Positions 7,077-14,946 of a DNA stretch of 22,888 nt are shown here, piece by piece (the stretch's first letter is position 1; every line of letters starts with the position of its first letter). Origin of the DNA: Leptospiraceae bacterium (GTDB lineage: Bacteria > Spirochaetota > Leptospiria > Leptospirales > Leptospiraceae); NCBI GenBank assembly GCA_016711485.1, contig JADJSX010000013.1, positions 1 to 22,888 of the forward strand, in the 5' to 3' direction. Below the pieces are notes generated by a model that made no database searches, had not been told where the DNA came from, and saw nothing but the letters and a program-made list of their open reading frames with translations. The position numbers and the translations under genes were made by a program.

Positions 7077-7126
7077 GCGCTAATTTCGGATGCTTTAAAA
7101 ACTTTTCGCGCATCCGAAATTAGCGC
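7077..7126. promoter_or_regulatory. Perfect 17-bp inverted repeat (gcgctaatttcggatgc - N16 - gcatccgaaattagcgc). Candidate operator or structured element upstream of the XPB-like helicase.
   Basis: The arms are 7077-7093 and 7110-7126 and are exact reverse complements. A third copy of the 10-mer cgaaattagc occurs at 6977-6986. There is no flanking T-run, so it is unlikely to be a simple terminator. Confidence 0.5.
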
Positions 7127-7222
7127 AACACCCAAATCCTTTATCGAAAAAATACCCATATTTTATGCTTGACAGATAGGCTCAAATTTTCACGCTGTAG
7201 GTGCCTTTTTAAGGAGAAGTTT

Positions 7223-8968
7223 ATGAGTAAACCATTGATTATACAGAGCGATAAAACCCTTTTACTAGAGGTTGATAACCCTGAATTTGAAGAGTGTAGA
7301 GCGATCATTTCTCGCTTTGCAGAATTAGAAAAAAGTCCAGAATACTTACATACCTATCGGATTTCCCCTCTTTCTTTATGGAATGCGGCGTCGTCTGCTA
7401 TGTCAGCAGATTTGATTGTAGAAGGTCTTGAGAAATACGCGCGTTATTCGATTCCTAAAAATGTTGTGAATGATATCCGTGAACAAATCAGCCGTTACGG
7501 CAAAGTGAAATTAGTCAAAGAAGAAAACGGAGAACTTGTCATTATATCTAACGAGAAAGGATTCTTACAAGAAATTGCAAACCATCGCGCGGTGCAACCT
7601 TTCATCCAAGAAAGACTTTCGAACGAAAAAATTGTAGTAAAAAAAGAATACCGAGGTCATATCAAACAGGCTCTTATCAAAATTGGATTTCCTGTGGAAG
7701 ACTTAGCTGGTTATGATGAAGGAAATAAATACGGTTTCAACCTACGCCCTCTTACCCGCGATGGTAGAAAATTCGGAATGCGTGATTATCAACGTGCATC
7801 GATTGAAGTATTTCATGCCGGTGGACGAAACGAAGGCGGCTCTGGTGTAGTAGTGCTCCCTTGCGGTGCAGGAAAAACTATCGTCGGAATGGGTGTGATG
7901 CAAATCATCGGTGCGGAAACTTTGATCTTAGTTACAAACACACTTTCGATTCGTCAGTGGAAAAATGAAATTCTGGATAAGACCGATATACCTGAGTCCG
8001 ATATTGGCGAATACTCCGGTGAAACCAAAGAAATTAAACCAATCACAATTGCGACTTACAATATTTTGACTCACCGCAAACGAAAAGGATCTGATTTTAC
8101 TCACTTCCATATATTCAGTGCGAACAACTGGGGACTGATTGTATATGATGAGGTTCACTTACTTCCTGCTCCTGTATTTCGCATGACGTCTGAGTTACAA
8201 GCGAAACGTCGTTTGGGACTAACGGCTACTTTAGTTCGAGAAGATGGTCTAGAGGAAGATGTATTTAGTTTGATTGGTCCTAAGAAATACGACGTACCTT
8301 GGAAAGAACTAGAAAATAAATCTTGGATTGCGGAAGCTAAATGTGTCGAAATTCGTGTTCCGATGGACGAGGATTTAAGACTACGTTATTCTATCTCCGA
8401 TGACCGCGAAAAATTCAGATTAGCCTCCGAGAATCCTGAAAAAATGACTGCGATTCAACTAATCCTAGATCGTTACAAAGAATCTCATATTCTTATCATT
8501 GGTCAATATATCAATCAGTTGGAAACAATTGCAGAGAGATTTAAAATTCCTTTAATTACTGGTAAAACTCCGTTAGGCGAAAGGCAAGAACTTTACACCG
8601 CATTTCGATCTGGTGCAATTAAGACTTTAGTAGTAAGTAAGGTTGCCAACTTTTCTATTGACTTACCCGATGCAAACATTGCGATCCAAGTTTCTGGAAC
8701 ATTTGGTTCTAGACAAGAAGAAGCACAGCGGTTAGGTCGTATTTTGCGCCCGAAAGAAAGCAATAACACGGCTACTTTCTTTTCTCTTATTTCTCGTGAT
8801 ACAAGCGAAGAGAGATTTGGACAAAATCGCCAATTGTTCCTGACTGAGCAGGGTTATGAGTATGAAATTTATACTCTAGATCAGTTTCAAGAGACAGGAT
8901 TACTGAGTGAAGGAAACCGATTTCCGGCTCAGTCCATTTCGGAGCCTGAAGTAACAGGAGTTTCTTAA
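7223..8968 (+). CDS. XPB/ERCC3-family SF2 DNA repair helicase (bacterial XPB homologue)
   Basis: The N-terminal ~150 aa resemble the XPB damage-recognition domain. Helicase motif I is VVVLPCGAGKTIVG, motif II is YDEVHLL and motif III is LGLTATLVRED. Motif VI is QRLGRILRP, and the C-terminal RecA2 domain is present. A strong RBS aaggagaagttt precedes the ATG at 7223 (the ORF track starts at an upstream in-frame ATG at 7169). Confidence 0.85.
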   Translation: MSKPLIIQSDKTLLLEVDNPEFEECRAIISRFAELEKSPEYLHTYRISPLSLWNAASSAMSADLIVEGLEKYARYSIPKNVVNDIREQISRYGKVKLVKEENGELVIISNEKGFLQEIANHRAVQPFIQERLSNEKIVVKKEYRGHIKQALIKIGFPVEDLAGYDEGNKYGFNLRPLTRDGRKFGMRDYQRASIEVFHAGGRNEGGSGVVVLPCGAGKTIVGMGVMQIIGAETLILVTNTLSIRQWKNEILDKTDIPESDIGEYSGETKEIKPITIATYNILTHRKRKGSDFTHFHIFSANNWGLIVYDEVHLLPAPVFRMTSELQAKRRLGLTATLVREDGLEEDVFSLIGPKKYDVPWKELENKSWIAEAKCVEIRVPMDEDLRLRYSISDDREKFRLASENPEKMTAIQLILDRYKESHILIIGQYINQLETIAERFKIPLITGKTPLGERQELYTAFRSGAIKTLVVSKVANFSIDLPDANIAIQVSGTFGSRQEEAQRLGRILRPKESNNTATFFSLISRDTSEERFGQNRQLFLTEQGYEYEIYTLDQFQETGLLSEGNRFPAQSISEPEVTGVS

Positions 8969-8974
8969 AAAGGG

Positions 8975-9027
8975 TAGAATTTATTTACACAAAATGCGAA
9001 TAAATTCTAACCCATTTCCATTTTTGT
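8975..9027 (+). terminator. AT-rich hairpin (tagaatttatt / aataaattcta, 11-bp stem) followed by a T-rich tract. Putative terminator after the helicase gene.
   Basis: Stem 8975-8985 pairs with 9000-9010 around a 14-nt loop. The tract ccatttttgttt follows. Confidence 0.35.
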
Positions 9028-9060
9028 TTAACATTGTATTTACAGTTTAAGGAGAAGCCT

Positions 9061-10110
9061 ATGAAAAAGTTTTTTTTAATTCTATTTTTATTACAGATTC
9101 CTAGGTTTCTCCAAAGTGATACAATGCAATTTCAAGATGGAAAGGTTATTGATAATGTAAAAATTAACTTTCAGAAAGATACAATTGAAATTCTCTACGA
9201 GAATGGAAAAAAAGTAGTTAAAAAAAAAACTGACTTAAAAAAAGTAAGGATAAAGTTAAATGAAGTAACTTGGAATTCTGAGAAAACTCGAAAAGATAAG
9301 AATAAAAAAGAGTTAGTACAACTATTAAAAGAGAAAGTAAAAAGAAAAAAAATAGAAGAAGAAAAAAAGGCAAAAGAGAAAGAAAAGGAAAAAGAATCAG
9401 AAGAAGAAAACGTAGAGTCAAACAAACCAATTCCTCAAAATATTGAAGGCGAGTTAGCACTTTTGGAAGAATTACGAGAATTAAACTTTCCAATGTCACC
9501 TAAGATTGTAGAAGAAAGAAAATTGCATGATGTTCTTATGAAGGAAAGAGTCCGACTACAATATACAGAAGGACTTCTTTCTTACTCCGGCGGACAATTA
9601 CTGTATACTGAAATTATGGAAAAGAATTCCGACCGTTATTATGTGAAAAACCAATTCGGCTTATTTTATTTTACTTCCAAAGATTTTGGAGAGGAAATTA
9701 TCATTGAGACAGACAATGGTAAAGAAGAAATTCCAATTTCCAAGGTATTAGCAGTAAAAGATGAAATTTACCTAAAGGGATTTATTTATTTGGTAAGTGG
9801 AGAAAAATTTCGAGGGAAAATTTTAAAAATTTTGGGCGACCAAATAATTATAGAAAAAAATTCACAAGAGGTTCGGATATCCGCAAGTGATATACTATTC
9901 CCCAAAATTCCAAAAGAAAATCCAACACCGATAAAAATAAATATAGCGGAAGGGGAAAATGGAATTTATGTGCTCGCAAATGGGCAATCAATTGACGGAA
10001 AATTGATTAAAATTACAAAAAATTATTTAATCATAGAAACATCCTACGGTACATTAGAAGTTGAATTGTCCAATTTATTATCTGTAAATAAATCTGAGGG
10101 AAAAAAATGA
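9061..10110 (+). CDS. Secreted / lipoprotein-like hypothetical protein with a Lys/Glu-rich linker and four copies of a ~40-aa beta-module
   Basis: Signal peptide MKKFFLILFLLQIPRFLQS with RBS aaggagaagcct. KE-rich low complexity covers residues ~80-130. The repeated motif occurs at approximately 9124-9249, 9646-9753, 9781-9903 and 9964-10086 (see findings). Confidence 0.7.
   Translation: MKKFFLILFLLQIPRFLQSDTMQFQDGKVIDNVKINFQKDTIEILYENGKKVVKKKTDLKKVRIKLNEVTWNSEKTRKDKNKKELVQLLKEKVKRKKIEEEKKAKEKEKEKESEEENVESNKPIPQNIEGELALLEELRELNFPMSPKIVEERKLHDVLMKERVRLQYTEGLLSYSGGQLLYTEIMEKNSDRYYVKNQFGLFYFTSKDFGEEIIIETDNGKEEIPISKVLAVKDEIYLKGFIYLVSGEKFRGKILKILGDQIIIEKNSQEVRISASDILFPKIPKENPTPIKINIAEGENGIYVLANGQSIDGKLIKITKNYLIIETSYGTLEVELSNLLSVNKSEGKK
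9220..9229 (+). repeat. A10 homopolymer inside the coding region of the secreted protein
   Basis: gttaaaaaaaaaactg encodes KKK and is in-frame as sequenced. Confidence 0.8.
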
Positions 10111-11126
10111 AATACAAATACGAAATAAAAACTTACTTTTTAATTTTGATTTTATTTTTTCCTTATAAAACTATATATACTCAATCTAAAGAAGACGTTG
10201 ATACAATAGCGAAATCAAAAATTCAGTCCTTAAATTTTATAGGAAAAAAAGACGTTAGTGAAACTCTTCCCGATTTAAGTTCTTATCCTAACTTAATAAG
10301 CCTTGATTTAAGCGGCTCATTGATTCAGAATAATGATCTTGTACATATCAAAAATCCTAAGTTAAATTATCTATCATTAGCAAATACTGTAATCAATAAT
10401 GATGGAATAACATTTCTAACAAACTTAAAACAAATAAGAAGTTTAAATCTTGAAGGGACTGCAATAAACGATTCATCTATGCCTATAATATCTCGTTTAT
10501 ATTGGTTAGATCGATTAGATATTGGTCGTACGAATGTTACGGATAATGGAATTAAGTCTCTCCAAAATTTAAAACTTTCTAGATTAGACCTTACCTCGTT
10601 AAAAATAACAGATGAAAGTATGGTATATGTAAGCACCTTAGAAAATCTAAAAGAATTACATTTATGGAACACCAGTATAACTTCGACAGGACTCAATGAA
10701 CTTCAAAAATTATCCAATCTGCAAGTTTTAACTCTTGGTGGATCCGGCATTGGAGATGATGGTTTAAAAAACATTGCGAAACTCAAAAAACTTAAGTCTT
10801 TAAATCTATCTTGGACGAGGATAACGGATAATGGACTTGAATATCTCATGGCGAACCCATCGATTGAAGTATTAAATTTGAGTGGGACTAAAGTGACAAG
10901 TAATGGACTAAAGAAGATAACTACATTAAAAAAACTAAAAATTCTCACTTTGGAGGATACTCGTTTGGAGAATAACGTTGAAAGTATACTTTCAAGTATC
11001 CCCAAACTGAAAGTGTTGTATATTAATAGTTTCTCAATGAATAAAAAATCAAGTGAATCCTTAGCTAAAAAAATACCTTGGTCTGCTATTTATTTCGAAA
11101 AAAATTTAGTTTCAATTATAGAATAA
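10107..11126 (+). CDS. Leucine-rich repeat (RI-like LRR) secreted protein
   Basis: N-terminal hydrophobic signal. About 10 tandem 24-25-aa repeats of the form L-x-x-L-x-L-x-x-T-x-ITD-x-G/L-x-x-L (for example LNLSGTKVTSNGLKKITTLKKLKILTL). It overlaps the upstream gene by 4 nt. Confidence 0.85.
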   Translation: MKYKYEIKTYFLILILFFPYKTIYTQSKEDVDTIAKSKIQSLNFIGKKDVSETLPDLSSYPNLISLDLSGSLIQNNDLVHIKNPKLNYLSLANTVINNDGITFLTNLKQIRSLNLEGTAINDSSMPIISRLYWLDRLDIGRTNVTDNGIKSLQNLKLSRLDLTSLKITDESMVYVSTLENLKELHLWNTSITSTGLNELQKLSNLQVLTLGGSGIGDDGLKNIAKLKKLKSLNLSWTRITDNGLEYLMANPSIEVLNLSGTKVTSNGLKKITTLKKLKILTLEDTRLENNVESILSSIPKLKVLYINSFSMNKKSSESLAKKIPWSAIYFEKNLVSIIE

Positions 11127-11127
11127 T

Positions 11128-11967
11128 TTAAAATCGAGAAACAGTGCCAAACAATCCACCATCCATAGTAGGAAATGCATAAAAAATAGTTTGGACTCCA
11201 TTGTGTTCTGTTTTTAGAACACCAGGAGTTTTTTCACTATTCAAGATAAAATAGGCTGTGATGGCACTCGCAGCGGAAACAGCTAGATAATTTTGAAGTA
11301 AACTTCTTCTTTTATTCAGGTATTCATCTTCCGTCATCGTAACACCCATTACTATTCTGTCTGGGCTTTTGTTGTATATGTAGGATCTAAAGTTTATATA
11401 TAAAGAAAGGTTTAATCCATAATCAGGCAACCTATCAGGAATTGGCTCTATAAAATTCGATAAGTTGTAGATAGTAGACGGACCATAACTAACATTTAAA
11501 ATTAGCATAATCGGATTTTTCATCTCAACTGAGTTCATAAATCCTACTGCCCTCGAGTTCGTTTGAAATTCCATAAAACGATAAAAATAATATAATCCGC
11601 CCATAGCAAAAGGAAGACCAAATTCAGGGCGTTCTTTTGAAATATAAGTTGGGGAATAACCAGGAATAAGACTTAATCCAACTATTTTTAATAGACTTGG
11701 ATTTTCTTCGATCGGAGGTTTTGCGATAGTCTCTTTAGAGTCCGGACGTTCCATTTCCAAAATATCAGTTTTTTTAATTGTAAAGGTTCCTTTGGACGTT
11801 TGAATAATAATGACTTTTTCGGATTCGCTTAATATGCGTCCGTCCAGTACCTGCCCACTTGTTAACCGAATAGATTCTGCAAATAACTGATTATCTGCAG
11901 TAAATACTGCTACAGAGAAAATAATAAATAAACATAAAATCCGTAAAGACTTGTGTAAAGTTTGCAT
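11128..11967 (-). CDS. Secreted hypothetical protein with an N-terminal copy of the shared ~40-aa module. The C-terminal Phe suggests an outer-membrane beta-barrel.
   Basis: The ATG at 11967 gives MQTLHKSLRILCLFIIFSVAVFTADNQLFA (signal peptide). The ORF track's TTG at 12003 is a less likely start. The module IRLTSGQVLDGRILSESEKVIIIQTSKGTFTIKKTDILEME is at about 11749-11871. The protein ends ...GGLFGTVSRF. Confidence 0.65.
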   Translation of the reverse strand: MQTLHKSLRILCLFIIFSVAVFTADNQLFAESIRLTSGQVLDGRILSESEKVIIIQTSKGTFTIKKTDILEMERPDSKETIAKPPIEENPSLLKIVGLSLIPGYSPTYISKERPEFGLPFAMGGLYYFYRFMEFQTNSRAVGFMNSVEMKNPIMLILNVSYGPSTIYNLSNFIEPIPDRLPDYGLNLSLYINFRSYIYNKSPDRIVMGVTMTEDEYLNKRRSLLQNYLAVSAASAITAYFILNSEKTPGVLKTEHNGVQTIFYAFPTMDGGLFGTVSRF

Positions 11968-12223
11968 GACATATCCATAAATAGGATTTGAATGAATAGT
12001 CAATAGATTATTTTTACAAAATTTACAGTTTTATTGTTTTTAATTGTTAGTGACAATTCATGTATATTGCATTTAAATGACTTAAGGGTTAAGCGCAAAT
12101 TAGCCTTATAATATTTAATACAATTCGTTAAAATTTTTTTATGTTTATAGAAGTAGAAATTATTTCGAATAATCTATTTCATACGTACGTAACGAATCAA
12201 TCTAACCTTGGAGAAAATAAATA

Positions 12224-12676
12224 ATGTTCATAAAGTTAATTAGAGCAACTTTATTAATTCTTACAATCTTGCTTACAGAAGGGTGCTCAGCATTTGTCAT
12301 TAAACATGTCGACGCTAGTGGAAAAAGTCAAACATATATAACCAATACTGTATTTGTAGGTACGGGGACTTTTTTAGATTGTTTTATTTCCCCTTTTCAC
12401 TGGTTTGCAGGAATTTTCTATAAACAGCCATATGTTCATGTGCAAGGAGGTAATTTATCTTATCCTTCTTTCGGTGCATCTGGATGTTTCGCAAGTAGTT
12501 ATACACATGGAAATGGAATTTTGGGTGGCTTAGGAATAATAAACTTAGGTTACTTCAAAGAAAACCCTTCTAATGCAATTTTTTTTACTGATATAGAGTC
12601 GAAAGAAAGGGCGATTATTGGTGGAAATTTTGAAGCAGCAAGAGTTACAAAAAATATAAATTTTAACGTTAGGTAA
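12224..12676 (+). CDS. Small lipoprotein, hypothetical (150 aa)
   Basis: Signal peptide plus lipobox LLTEGC. RBS ggagaaaataaataATG. Confidence 0.65.
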   Translation: MFIKLIRATLLILTILLTEGCSAFVIKHVDASGKSQTYITNTVFVGTGTFLDCFISPFHWFAGIFYKQPYVHVQGGNLSYPSFGASGCFASSYTHGNGILGGLGIINLGYFKENPSNAIFFTDIESKERAIIGGNFEAARVTKNINFNVR

Positions 12677-12699
12677 ATTGAACATCACAGGAGAAAAAC

Positions 12700-13848
12700 A
12701 TGTGCTCAGTAAATAAAAATAAATTGGGAATAGGAATCATAATTTTATGTTTCCTACTCATTACTTGTAAAAAGGGAGATAATGGTTCAGTAAATAACCA
12801 AAGTCAGGGAAATAAATCATCATTAAACGCCGTTGTATTATTTGCTGTTGGGGATGTTCGCGTTGGAGATAGAAAAGTAAAAACTGGAGATATAATTTCT
12901 GAAAACGAATCAGTTATCACAGGTAAAAAATCTACTTGCGACGTTCAAATAAAAGAATCGGATGCAGGAATCGTAATTCGATTAAAAGCCAGCTCTATGT
13001 TCGAATTAAAAATGACAAACATGGATGGGAAACTCGTTCCTAGTACTATTGTAAACATTGGAAATGCAATGGTGAATGTTTCCGGAAAATTGAAAAACGA
13101 TGAGAACTTTCAAGTTGTAACCCCAACTCAAACTGCCGGTGTTAGAGGTACCAAATTCGAAGTAAATGTTACAGAAGATGGTTCAACTACAGTCAGTGTA
13201 TCAGAAGGAAAAGTAGCAACTCGTATTAGAATTTCGGAAGTAGATGCTCTACCAATCGAAATCCAAGAGAAGAGCCGAGTTATTTCTTCTATTAAAACAT
13301 CCTTAGGAAGTGAAGAGCAAATCATAGAAGCAGGTTACAAAAATGAAGTAACAAAAGCTCAGACCAATGGAATATTGAAATCATCTGGCTTAGAAAAATC
13401 TATAGACTTAGTAAATATAGACACACAAGCAAGACTTAGTCCAGAGCAAGTTCAAAATGCAGTGAATTCTATTGATGCTACAACACCACAAGATAAGGAC
13501 AAAACTAAGTCTTTAAAAGAAGTATCCAACCAGAAAGTAGAAAAAATATCCCCAAAAGAACTTCAGTCAAAACTGGATGAATTTGCGGAATTAATTGCAG
13601 TTGAAAAAAATAAACTTGAGTCAGTTGACTCTAGCAGTGTAGTGATAGTAGAAAGAAATCAAAAAAATGAAGCAGCTCTGATTAAGAGAATGGAAGAAAT
13701 TACAGGAAAACCTGTACAGACTATCAATTTAAAATCAGGGAAAAAACTGAAAGGAATTGTATTCCAAGAAGGTGACAATTATTATATCCTCACTCTAAGT
13801 GGAAAAGAAACCTACAAAAGTAGTGATATTGAAGATATTGAACTGTAA
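12700..13848 (+). CDS. FecR-domain lipoprotein (LipL45-like family) with a C-terminal copy of the shared ~40-aa module
   Basis: Lipobox LLITC. The FecR-like core is VVLFAVGDVRVGDRKVKTGDII...QVVTPTQTAGVRGTKFEVNVTEDGSTTVSVSEGKVA. The C-terminal module is INLKSGKKLKGIVFQEGDNYYILTLSGKETYKSSDIEDIEL. Confidence 0.7.
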   Translation: MCSVNKNKLGIGIIILCFLLITCKKGDNGSVNNQSQGNKSSLNAVVLFAVGDVRVGDRKVKTGDIISENESVITGKKSTCDVQIKESDAGIVIRLKASSMFELKMTNMDGKLVPSTIVNIGNAMVNVSGKLKNDENFQVVTPTQTAGVRGTKFEVNVTEDGSTTVSVSEGKVATRIRISEVDALPIEIQEKSRVISSIKTSLGSEEQIIEAGYKNEVTKAQTNGILKSSGLEKSIDLVNIDTQARLSPEQVQNAVNSIDATTPQDKDKTKSLKEVSNQKVEKISPKELQSKLDEFAELIAVEKNKLESVDSSSVVIVERNQKNEAALIKRMEEITGKPVQTINLKSGKKLKGIVFQEGDNYYILTLSGKETYKSSDIEDIEL

Positions 13849-13877
13849 AGTTTAATTAAATTAAATAATTTATAATA

Positions 13878-13915
13878 AAGGTAAACTAACTTCCAAGTTC
13901 AGTTTACCTTTTTTT
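13878..13915. terminator. Bidirectional rho-independent terminator between convergent genes
   Basis: Stem aaaggtaaact (13878-13888) pairs with agtttaccttt (13901-13911). A T7 run follows on the plus strand. Confidence 0.6.
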
Positions 13916-14864
13916 ATAAATCTAATACCAAACCTTCTCTAGCTAGTATTATCTCCAACGGACTCCCTTCCAAATACGTTTTATGAAGTTTGGCATCTTC
14001 GTAAATTTCATAGATTTTTTTATCATTATAAGCAGGCTCATGGTGTGTAAGTACTAAAGTTTTAATATTCCATATCGTAGCACAATTTACTGCCATCGTA
14101 TAAGAAGTATGACCCCAATCAAACTTTGCAAATGACTCATCTAAAGTATATTGAGAATCTAAAACGAGGACATCTACACCATTAAAAAATGGAGCCATGG
14201 AACGAATTAAGTCCATGTCATCCCCTGTAAATTCTGCATCTGTCGCAAAAATAAAGGATTTACCATTTTCGATAAACTTATAAGCGTAAGAGCCGCCTGG
14301 ATGTTTTAATGGATAAAAGTCTATCGTCATCGTATCATAAGTGATTGGCTCACCACGACGAATGGTAGTAAAGTTTTTAGTAGAAGCGGTTCCATGAAAA
14401 GGCATTGGAAAAAATTCTTTTACTTGCTGCTGGATAAGTCTGGCTTCTAGATCTGCATAGGGGGAATGAAAATTAATTAGGTTTCCAGGAACATATACAG
14501 GTTTGAAAAAAGGTAATCCTTGAATATGATCCCAATGAGTATGTGTAAAAAAAATGTCTAGGACACCTTTTCCTTTTCCGAACTCAGTACGGATAAGTTC
14601 ATCACCCATTACTCGGCCACCCGTTCCACAATCTACCATAAATACTTTTCCAGCATCTGAGGTCACGGATATACACGTAGTGTCCCCTCCACCAGTATAC
14701 TTCAAATATTCTGGGAGAGATTCAAAAAAATTAGACGCATCTTCTTGCGACTTAATTTGTTTGTCACCAAGTAGTCCAAGAATTTCTAATACTTTTTCTT
14801 GGTAAGCATTGTTACTGAGCGGTGAGGCAATTGAGCCTCTTGTTCCATAAAGTTTTATTTTCAC
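13914..14864 (-). CDS. Metallo-beta-lactamase-fold hydrolase
   Basis: The HxHxDH motif is present as FFTHTHWDHIQG, with additional downstream His/Asp ligands (LVLTHHEP). The length is 316 aa. Confidence 0.8.
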   Translation of the reverse strand: MKIKLYGTRGSIASPLSNNAYQEKVLEILGLLGDKQIKSQEDASNFFESLPEYLKYTGGGDTTCISVTSDAGKVFMVDCGTGGRVMGDELIRTEFGKGKGVLDIFFTHTHWDHIQGLPFFKPVYVPGNLINFHSPYADLEARLIQQQVKEFFPMPFHGTASTKNFTTIRRGEPITYDTMTIDFYPLKHPGGSYAYKFIENGKSFIFATDAEFTGDDMDLIRSMAPFFNGVDVLVLDSQYTLDESFAKFDWGHTSYTMAVNCATIWNIKTLVLTHHEPAYNDKKIYEIYEDAKLHKTYLEGSPLEIILAREGLVLDL

Positions 14865-14946
14865 GATAGTCGGTCTTATTAAATTTTATAGTTAAACCAA
14901 TATAAATACCAATTTAGTTTTTACAAGTTATATATGCTTAGAACCT

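Noticed and set aside
7077-7126. LexA/SOS box upstream of the repair helicase
   Set aside because: As I recall it, the Leptospira SOS box is a short TTTG-N5-CAAA-type palindrome. The 17-bp arms here are unrelated in sequence.
7169-7198. TTGACA at 7169-7174 as the -35 box of the helicase promoter
   Set aside because: No acceptable -10 hexamer lies 16-19 bp downstream (the candidates there are acgctg, cgctgt and gctgta).
7928-8158. Minus-strand 76-aa ORF inside the helicase gene. Similar antisense ORFs occur at 9195-9499, 10367-11005, 13128-13325, 14554-14805, 15792-15983, 16265-16459, 17532-17873, 19391-19576 and 20271-22400.
   Set aside because: Each is embedded antisense in a confidently identified CDS. 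They are typical shadow ORFs in AT-rich coding DNA (F-, S- and L-rich translations).
7223-10110. XPB-Bax1 helicase-nuclease pair
   Set aside because: The gene after the helicase encodes a signal-peptide, KE-rich repeat protein with no nuclease motifs, so there is no Bax1 candidate.
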